DNA of 64,000 nucleotides, from contig CM022669.1 in assembly GCA_012295275.1 (NCBI GenBank), positions 6,324,001 through 6,388,000 on the forward strand. Direction: 5' to 3'. Made by a program: the position numbers and the translations under genes. Of the stretch, positions 55,467-64,000 are shown in pieces; positions within the stretch are counted from its first letter, which is position 1, and every line of letters starts with the position of its first letter. The stretch is from Chrysomallon squamiferum. Its lineage: Eukaryota; Animalia; Mollusca. The notes beneath the pieces were generated by a model that saw only the letters and a list, made by a program, of their open reading frames with translations, was not told the origin of the DNA and searched no databases.

Positions 55467-55541
55467 TGTGATTAAACACGGGGCGTGCAGGACACACACG
55501 TGTGCGCCGTTTCCTCTTCCATGACTGTTTGCGTGCACGTG
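55267..55541. promoter_or_regulatory. cluster of five CACGTG E-boxes
   Basis: CACGTG at 55267, 55340, 55421, 55497 and 55536, plus CATGTG (55329) and CAGGTG (55354). Confidence 0.45.
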
Positions 55542-55620
55542 TTGGATGGGTGGAAGGAGAGTTGATGAGAAACGAGATAGGAAATGTGTTTGTCCTCCAA
55601 AATATGTGTGTGTGTGGGTG

Positions 55621-55652
<32 letters not shown>

Positions 55653-55780
55653 TGTATGTATGTATGTATGTATGTATATGTGTTTATCGTATGTTTGTAT
55701 GTGTGTGTCTGTGCATGCGTGTATGTCTGGATGTGCGTGTGTATATTGTCTGTGCATGTTTACTTATTTTTCTGTGTATG

Positions 55781-55814
<34 letters not shown>

Positions 55815-55875
55815 TGTATGGATGTCTGTATGTTATTGTATTGCTCTGTTTTGTGTCTGTGTCTGTATTATGTAC

Positions 55876-55912
<37 letters not shown>

Positions 55913-57483
55913 TATGTTTGTCTTTTTAAATTAATTTTTAAGAAATAATCTCCTGCATTTGATTTTCTTAATTATGATCCTCCATCCTATGTAAACACAT
56001 AGAATCGTAGTTTTAAAATATGCTGAGTTCATCGATACATAAATAATTTCATTCCACTTTACGAGGAAAGAAATATTAATAACACAACACGATACATTTA
56101 ATCTCTGATCATCGGGGAAACTAAAAATAATATCAGAAATGCAAGATGAAAAAACGCCATTCTCGGAGCAGAGCTAACTCTTTGAACGCGAGGCAAAGTC
56201 AACAAAAACAATCTAAAATTCCGGTCGCCGCCATATTGCGTATTCTACGATTACGTTACGTCACGCGTAAGGCGCTGGTACGAATCGTTAATACGATACG
56301 CTGATGCGAATCGCAGAAAAATGAGAGGATCGCGTTACGTTTTAATGTGTTGACGTTTCCCCCAGCGCGAGAAGGAAAAACAAGCTGCGGCGAAAGCCAG
56401 ACCATGAGTTATCGCAAATGTCACATTAGTTCCATGAAAAGCGGATTGCACCTCGCCAGATATGAGATATCTGGAGGGTAAATACAACAGAAAACGGGAG
56501 TGCGCCGCTGCAATGCAACTTAAGAAATTTAAAAACAAAAAAAAACAAAACAAACAAACAAAAAAAAGAAAGAAAGAAATTTTCTTTTCGGCATTCGAAA
56601 ATCATAATACAGGAAACTTTGCCAGAAGATTTCGGAAATGACCGGTAGAATTCTCCACTGGCGGCATTTTTGAAATAATAATCGACGTTTTCCGTTCGTC
56701 AATATCCGGAAATGATCGGCAAGTGTCGTTGATTTTCGTATCATAATGTTAAGTTCATGTTGTAATGTAAAAAATGAGCGGAAACGGATTTCAGAAATTG
56801 TAACTCTAGCTGTTAAGTCAGGTTCTACTGCTATAACGATTTGAAGATGTGAATTCATTTATTAGATTCTTATAATTATTATTAATCATTAATCATTTTA
56901 TTTGTTGGTTTACTGATAAATGTAACAGTAGTTATTGTTGCTGTTGTTGTTGTTGTTGACGATGATAATAATGATTCCTTTTTTATTTTTTGTTCTTGTA
57001 TGATGATAATGCTAACTACTACTATTTCTATTACTACTATTACTACTACTACTATTTTTTTTATTATTATTATAACCTTTTTATCATTTTACAGTACATT
57101 CATGACACAGAAATTAACATCAACATACGTGCATTACGAACATACAGTTTGAGTGCCAAAAAAAGTAAATTTTTGGAAGAACAATTTTTGTTTACCCACG
57201 TGTACTCGGAGACGATGCAAAAGAATTTTTCTGTTAACAGAAATGAGCTGGATCGCAGCTGCGAAAGACGAGAAATGTTTTCATTGAAACCGTTAGACCG
57301 TTTTCTCTGGCGGCCATGTTTTGGCAGTTGGGCGTGTTACCCGCGCGCTGTTTAGCGGAACAACAAACACTGGAAAGGTGCAGTGTACCGCAGGCCGGTC
57401 GAGTGGCGCGCCATGTTCTCATTCTTACGTACTGGCAGAATGATTTTACTGTAATTTTGTTCTTGGTTTTTTTATATTTATTT

Positions 57484-57530
<47 letters not shown>

Positions 57531-57631
57531 TTATTTATTTATTTATTTTTTTTTTTTTTTTTTTTTTTTTTTTATTTTTTTTTTTTTTTTATTTTTTTTT
57601 TATTTATTTTTTTTTTTTTTTTATTATTTTA

Positions 57632-57668
<37 letters not shown>

Positions 57669-59168
57669 TTTTTTTTTTTTTTTTTTTTTTCCAGATTCTT
57701 AAGATGACGTCATACTTAGCGGATTATAGATTTCTTGTGTTTAACTCTAGTATATCGATTTATTTTCGTGTGTGAATTTTTCGTTTAATAATACCATTAA
57801 AACATATTCATTTATTTTTCTGTCATGTCATTTTTAATATTAAAACTTTTATTTTTGCTGTTGTTGTTGCTGCTGCTGCTGCTGCTGTTTAACGCCGCTT
57901 ATATAATATTTTTATTTATTTATTTTTTCTTCTACTTTTTGTATCATGGACTACAGCGTGCGAATTGCTTAATACGGCAAGCAAGTTGTTATCTACTGGA
58001 TTACTTTAGGTAACTGACGTAACAACATTCTTCATGGGAATTCAGCTAAAATAAATAAATAAATAAAAACTGTAGAAAACGCTGAAAGAGAGAGATAGAG
58101 AATATCAAAGAACATTAAAAGGCAGTAAAAACTAAATAAATAAAGCGAATCGAAAGAAAAAAGAAAGAAAAGAAAAAAGTAAATAAACAAGAAAGGAAAG
58201 AAAAGAAAAGAAAAGAAAAAAGTAAATAAACAAGAAATAAAGAAAAAAAATAAACAAGAAATAAAGAAAAAAAAATAAACAAGAAAGAAAGAAAAAAACA
58301 TCACGAAAAGACATTAATTTTTAACATTAACAATCTCTTACACCTTTTTCGAGACATTAATACCGTATACGTAACTACTGATTTATACGGATGGCCGATT
58401 GGACCATAATTACACTGTATAATCACGCCCAAGTTGACTGAAATCGGAGAGTGGGTATATCCTTCTTGTACAAGCCATAAATCGTAAACTTATACCCGAA
58501 GCATTCGAGGCGAAACTTTTCATGCATTAAAATATCAACCGTATTAAAGGATACGGTAATTCTAGTTGACAATTTTTTTTTTTTTTTATTAGACATTCGT
58601 GTGTGAAATAATGTTCTTATTCCTTTCCTGCTTTAAATCTGAAACGTAAAAAAAAAAAGTTATCTTTATATATATATATATATATATATATATCTTGTTT
58701 TTTCTTTTTTTCCTTTTTCTTCTTAAATTTTTTTTTTTTTTTTTTTTGGAGCAATGTGCCACGCCTTATTTTGTTTATTGCAAATGGTGGGTGTCGGATT
58801 GCGCCTGCATATTAATTACTTATTTTGATGTTTGGGCTTTACGTGAATTAAATTCTAGCCACGTTCATTTCACGCGATTAAATACGATTGCGTGTTGCAC
58901 GTTAATAAAGAATACAGCGACATCGTGTCGCGCGGTGCAAGTCGGTGTGGTGGGGGTCACTCAAACAAACAAGTCGTTGTCGACGTCCCGCCATTGTACC
59001 AAGTCGCGTCCCCTTCATCTGAATTCACTGTACTTGTGGATAGTGTATAAAATTTACATTAGTGTTCTTTTTCTTTTTCTCTTTTTTTTTTTTTTTTTTT
59101 TATACGGGAAATTGTTGTTGCTTTTTATTTTGTTTTCCCCTGCTGGATTTTGATCATTTTAATTTATA

Positions 59169-59234
<66 letters not shown>

Positions 59235-60550
59235 ATTATTGTTATTGTTACTGTTATTGTTGATGTTGTTGTTGTTATTATCTGAAGTGAATTTCGGTGC
59301 TATTTTGTTGTTACTCTTATTTTTTGTTGATTATTTTGATATCGTGTATTTATATATATATCGATAGGCAAAAAAACCCATAAACTCAGACATACACGCA
59401 CACATACAAACACAGACAAACACACACATACACACACACGTACAGATATGCATTCAAAAATCACACACATGTTTGCACACAAACAAGCGCCCCCTCACAT
59501 ACATTTAGGTGCATATGCAGCACATGTGCAACGTACCCACAAATACACATTACCTCAGTTATTGTTAATTCATCCAGGCTTTGCACAATGGAATGTCAGA
59601 GGTCACGGGAAGACAGATTTATTTTGCAATCTATACAGTCTCTGTCAGTAATCTGTTAAATTGATCCAACAACGGTTTATTGTTAATCTCTAATGTCGCG
59701 CTGGTTAAGCCATATATCCCTTGAGACTCGTAACTGCCTGGATCTTGTCCCGTGTTCCCTTCTTTTTAGATTTTCATTTGCAAAGCCTGCACAGTCGAAA
59801 TTCTTTTCTAGCCAGCTAACATACTAACTAACACACTAACACTTGCACTGGCTTGAAAACTCGGGTTCTAAGATCACACGTCTAAAAAATATATATATAT
59901 ATATATATATGAATCTTTAATACAACTGATTTTAAATAGTTGATGTATTTATTAATATTATTATATATGACAGAATAGACACTGTGTTTTGTAGACATCT
60001 TGGGTTAAAAGATTATCTGTTGAAAGCTTATCAACTTGAATCGCTGTTAATGAATTAGGCTCATTTGAAATGGCTGGTTTCGGAAACGTACGCTAATTTC
60101 AAACAGTTAATTTTTATTTCCTTCATAGAAGATAACAAACACATAATCATTAAGTGTTGGGTACACACGTAACCATTCTTCTGGATAGTGAGTTCAGTGA
60201 AGGCGTGCCTGAACCTATATCTTAACGTAAGCATATTTTAAATTGTTATCTGAATTAACACCTGCGGATGTGGTTGTATATAAAATATAAGTAGCTTTTC
60301 TTAATAAATAATTAATTTTTATTTTTTTTTTTTTTTTTTTTTTTTGATCAGCTGTTTTCTTCTCAATGGAATTATTATCAGTCTTGATCACAGCTTGGTT
60401 TTAAAGAAAATGAAAGAAAAAAACCCGGCTCTAACAGAGACAAAGGTGCCAAAATTCTGATAAAAAACAGAGTGAAAATGTTGAAATAAAGAACGTAAAT
60501 AACGTAAGAGATTGACAGTGCATGTTAGGAGGGTGATCTGTTATGACTAC

Positions 60551-60750
60551 AACCATAAGGTCGTAACTGCCCACACCTCTTTCTGACCCCGAACCAAAAG
60601 CCGTAAGTGCATTTACGCCATTTTGGCTTAATACTTTTAGCACAAATGTACTAACGTTACTGGAACCAAAATGTCGTAAGCGCAGTTACGACTTTTTGGC
60701 ATTAACGAAGATTCTACCAACTATCCATAATCACTTACGACTATGTGGTT
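60551..60750. mobile_element. MITE/foldback-like element with imperfect terminal inverted repeats and two internal palindromes built from the same motif
   Basis: Ends AACCATAAGGTCGTAACTG ... CACTTACGACTATGTGGTT; internal CCAAAAGCCGTAAGTGCATTTACGCCATTTTGG and CCAAAATGTCGTAAGCGCAGTTACGACTTTTTGG. Confidence 0.55.
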
Positions 60751-61251
60751 CTGACGGATATCTCCAAAAGTTATTACTGTGCTAACTGGATTCTCTGATA
60801 TATGAGAGAATGCACTGCTGAACGTGTATTGGTGGTAAAATGTTATTTTCTGGCTCTAACACATCGATATGAACGTTTGCCAAGTTGAGACCGCGATGGA
60901 GCCCAAACTAGAATGGGAAAAAGTTCAAAAGCCGTACTGAAACTGATCGATCTTTCGATCCATCGCATTTAGAGTTCGTAAATAATTTTTAGAAAGAAAG
61001 AAAAAATCGAATGAAAGAATAAAGAAAGAAAGTCAAGTCAAAGTATTATTTTTTTTAGAAGAAGAAATCAAGAAGGAAGGAAGGAAGTAAATATATTGTT
61101 AAATATAATGATGTTTGTTTTCTTTTTGTTTTGTTTGTTAGTTTGTTATAAAAAAAAAAAAAATAGAACAAATCTACAAATAGTCATTGAAATAATGGGG
61201 AATAAAAAACTTCAAGAATGGAAAATAACCAGTTTAATGAAAAGGAAAAAG

Positions 61252-61296
<45 letters not shown>

Positions 61297-61738
61297 AAGA
61301 AAACAAAACAAAGAACAAAGAAAACCACGTCAAAACAAAAAAGATCGCCAAATAATTCAAGCTTTGTTTGAAAACTTTGGGAAAAAAAAAAAATAAAAAA
61401 TAAAATGCATTCGTCACCCTGAAGACTTTTCATCCCTGAAGACTGGGGAAGCACGTGGATAGTGAATTTCATCAAATCTAACGCTGGCGAACTATAGCGA
61501 TTCCATTTCCATGTCAGAATTGTCAATTTCTGCCTCTTTGATTCGAAAAGCTTGTCAGTTTCGCTGAAGTAGGCAGGAGAATGTTGATTTCCCTGCAGTG
61601 AAGCGATTAATGGGTGCCTCGACGATCGATAACTCGAGAGCGATCTTCACTCCAGTCTTTAGCGAAATGTACAAGATGAAGCAGTTGACTAGATGAATGC
61701 TGTAAAAGAGAGATCACTGCGGTTTTTAATTTTATTTT

Positions 61739-61775
<37 letters not shown>

Positions 61776-61897
61776 CTCGTTTTTTTTTAAATTATTTTTT
61801 TGACTTTTATAAGTGGGTTTTGAGGGTCTTTTTTTAATTCTTTATTTTATTTTTTTTTTTTTTTATTATGTTTTTTCTGTTTTATCTTATTGTAGTT

Positions 61898-61952
<55 letters not shown>

Positions 61953-62013
61953 TTGTTTTAGTTTTATTTTTATTGTTATTTTCATATGTTTATACTACTA
62001 CTACTACTACTAC

Positions 62014-62047
<34 letters not shown>

Positions 62048-62526
62048 TAGTTTTTTATTTTTATTTTACTTTTTCTCTTCTTTTTTTATTATTATATTCC
62101 TTTTTTCTTTATTTTTTTTAAAATCTTTTAATTATTTTATTACTATTTTTACTCTCTTTTTTTCATTAAAAAAAGAAATCTTTATTCTTTCCTCTTCTTC
62201 TTCTCTTTTCTTTTCTTTTTCTTTTTTTTTTTTTTTGTTTTTATTTTTCTATTTTATTTTTATTTTTTTGGCCAGATCATCGCATATTAAAAGTGACGTC
62301 GTATAAATCTTATACTTTAATTACCATGCAAAAGAATTCCGTGTAGAAATTTGCGTCTAATCTTCAGCAATGTGTTCAGAAAGTAAACATCGAAAGAAAG
62401 GGGAAACGAGATAAAAGGATAAAAGAGAGGAAAAGAAGAAAGAGAAAGAGAAACGAAAAGAGAGAAAGAAAGAATGAAAAGAAGAAAATTAAAGAAAAAT
62501 TAAGAAGAAGAAAAGGAAAAAAGAAG

Positions 62527-62620
<94 letters not shown>

Positions 62621-62682
62621 AGAAGAGAAAAGAGAAATGAACAGAAAAAAAGAAGTGAAAGGAGAAAGTAACAGAGGGAGTG

Positions 62683-62754
<72 letters not shown>

Positions 62755-63266
62755 GAATGGAAAGGAGAAAACTAATGAGACAAAAGAAAAACAGATAAAG
62801 AAAGAAAAAAGAGAGAAATAGATGAACAAAAATAAAGACAAAGAAAGAAATGAATGAAAGAATAAGAAAAAAGAAAAAGAAAACAATAAAAATAAACCGA
62901 TGAAAGAAACAAAAGTAAAAGGAGAAATAAATGCGGTTGTTGCTGATGTTTTCGTCGTTGTCGTTATTATTTCTCTTGATTTGTTTGCCATTATTGTTCA
63001 AATTGTCAGTGGATATCTTTCTCTAACGGTGCAGACAGCTTAATGCGCGTGATCCGGTTTAAAACTGGTTTACACCAAATCAAAATAAGAGAGATGAAAC
63101 TGACACCAGGTAATTACAGTTATGTGAAATGGATAATTTAATTAATGTATTTCAGAAACGTTTTACATTTCATTTTAAAAATCATAAAAATAAATAAATA
63201 AACAAACAAACAAATAAATAAATAAATAAATAAATAATAATAATTATTATTATTATTATTATTATG

Positions 63267-63333
<67 letters not shown>

Positions 63334-63544
63334 TATTTAAGATACAGTCATCAAATGTTAAACTAAATCGTGAAATTGTTTTGACATAGACACACATACA
63401 TTCATACATACATAACACAAGCATACATACATACATACATATATAGAGAGAGAGAGAAAGATAATAGATAAAAACATACACATATGCACGCACAGATGCG
63501 CACAAAAACAACTGTTAATGTTGAAAAGTCTTGAATAGTCACTG

Positions 63545-63895
63545 AACAAAATATACAATATTTTTTCTCATTATGAAAAAACGATGTTATATCAAAATAC
63601 TAGTATATTATTAAACAAAATATTCATTATTTTCTGCATACTGTTACAAAAATATATGTATGAAACCAAACTAAAAGTTAATATTGAAAGTCTGTAGATA
63701 TCATTAAACAAAATACTGTTCCAAGCGTTTATGTATGAAACAAAAAATCAACAAAAATAAGAATATTAAAAGTCAACAGATTTCATTAAACAAAATAGTC
63801 ATTATTTTCTATCACGGACTGTTTTCCTTATACTAAAGATTATAACATCAGTAACGTGTAAATATTAAAATATCTGCAAGTGTCATTAAACCTGG
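63545..63895. repeat. highly degenerate tandem repeat (AATATT.AAAGTC...TCATTAAACAAAATA..CATTATTTTCT)
   Basis: CATTAAAC(AAAATA)-like blocks recur at ~63610, 63701, 63783 and 63883 with shared flanks. Confidence 0.6.
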
Positions 63896-64000
63896 TATTC
63901 ATCTCTGTCTTTCAGATGTTAATTTCATTAAATCAGAACCATAGGGAACCAAAATGAAAAACAACAACAAGTAATGTTGAGACGTCGTAAAACAAAATAT

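Noticed and set aside
59717-59740. Partial resemblance to miR-125; similar partial matches to miR-87 (~7509), miR-252 (~34571), bantam (~36266) and miR-279 (~61686)
   Set aside because: Several mismatches to the mature sequences and no complementary arm seen to form a precursor

Overview
This is AT-rich, microsatellite-dense animal genomic DNA. Decayed SINE-like fragments resemble a repeat family I recall from gastropod molluscs, but that is from memory and unverified. One protein-coding gene is clearly supported: mitochondrial Lon protease (LONP1) on the minus strand, 26685->14625. I traced it by hand through 22 coding exons (~1020 aa once corrected), covering a long presequence, the N-domain, Walker A/B and the Ser-Lys protease domain. 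As written the gene has two lesions. First, a 1-nt insertion lies between the catalytic Ser and Lys (~15292). Second, exon 11 is garbled and present as two damaged tandem copies (21042-21114, deletion-rich; 21323-21456, insertion-rich). An assembly or consensus error is the most likely cause, but a real duplicated exon is possible. The rest of the window (1-11 kb and 27-64 kb) has no recognisable CDS; the ORF-track entries there are mostly microsatellite artefacts. It does contain CpG-retaining islands with clustered regulatory motifs. The best is an orphan minus-strand TATA(-30)+Inr promoter at 53392 with CRE, AP-1 and CCAAT sites and an upstream CACGTG cluster. There are also several degenerate minisatellites, hairpins, a nested-palindrome MITE-like element and tRNA-like Pol III remnants. 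There is no evidence for prokaryotic systems such as CRISPR.
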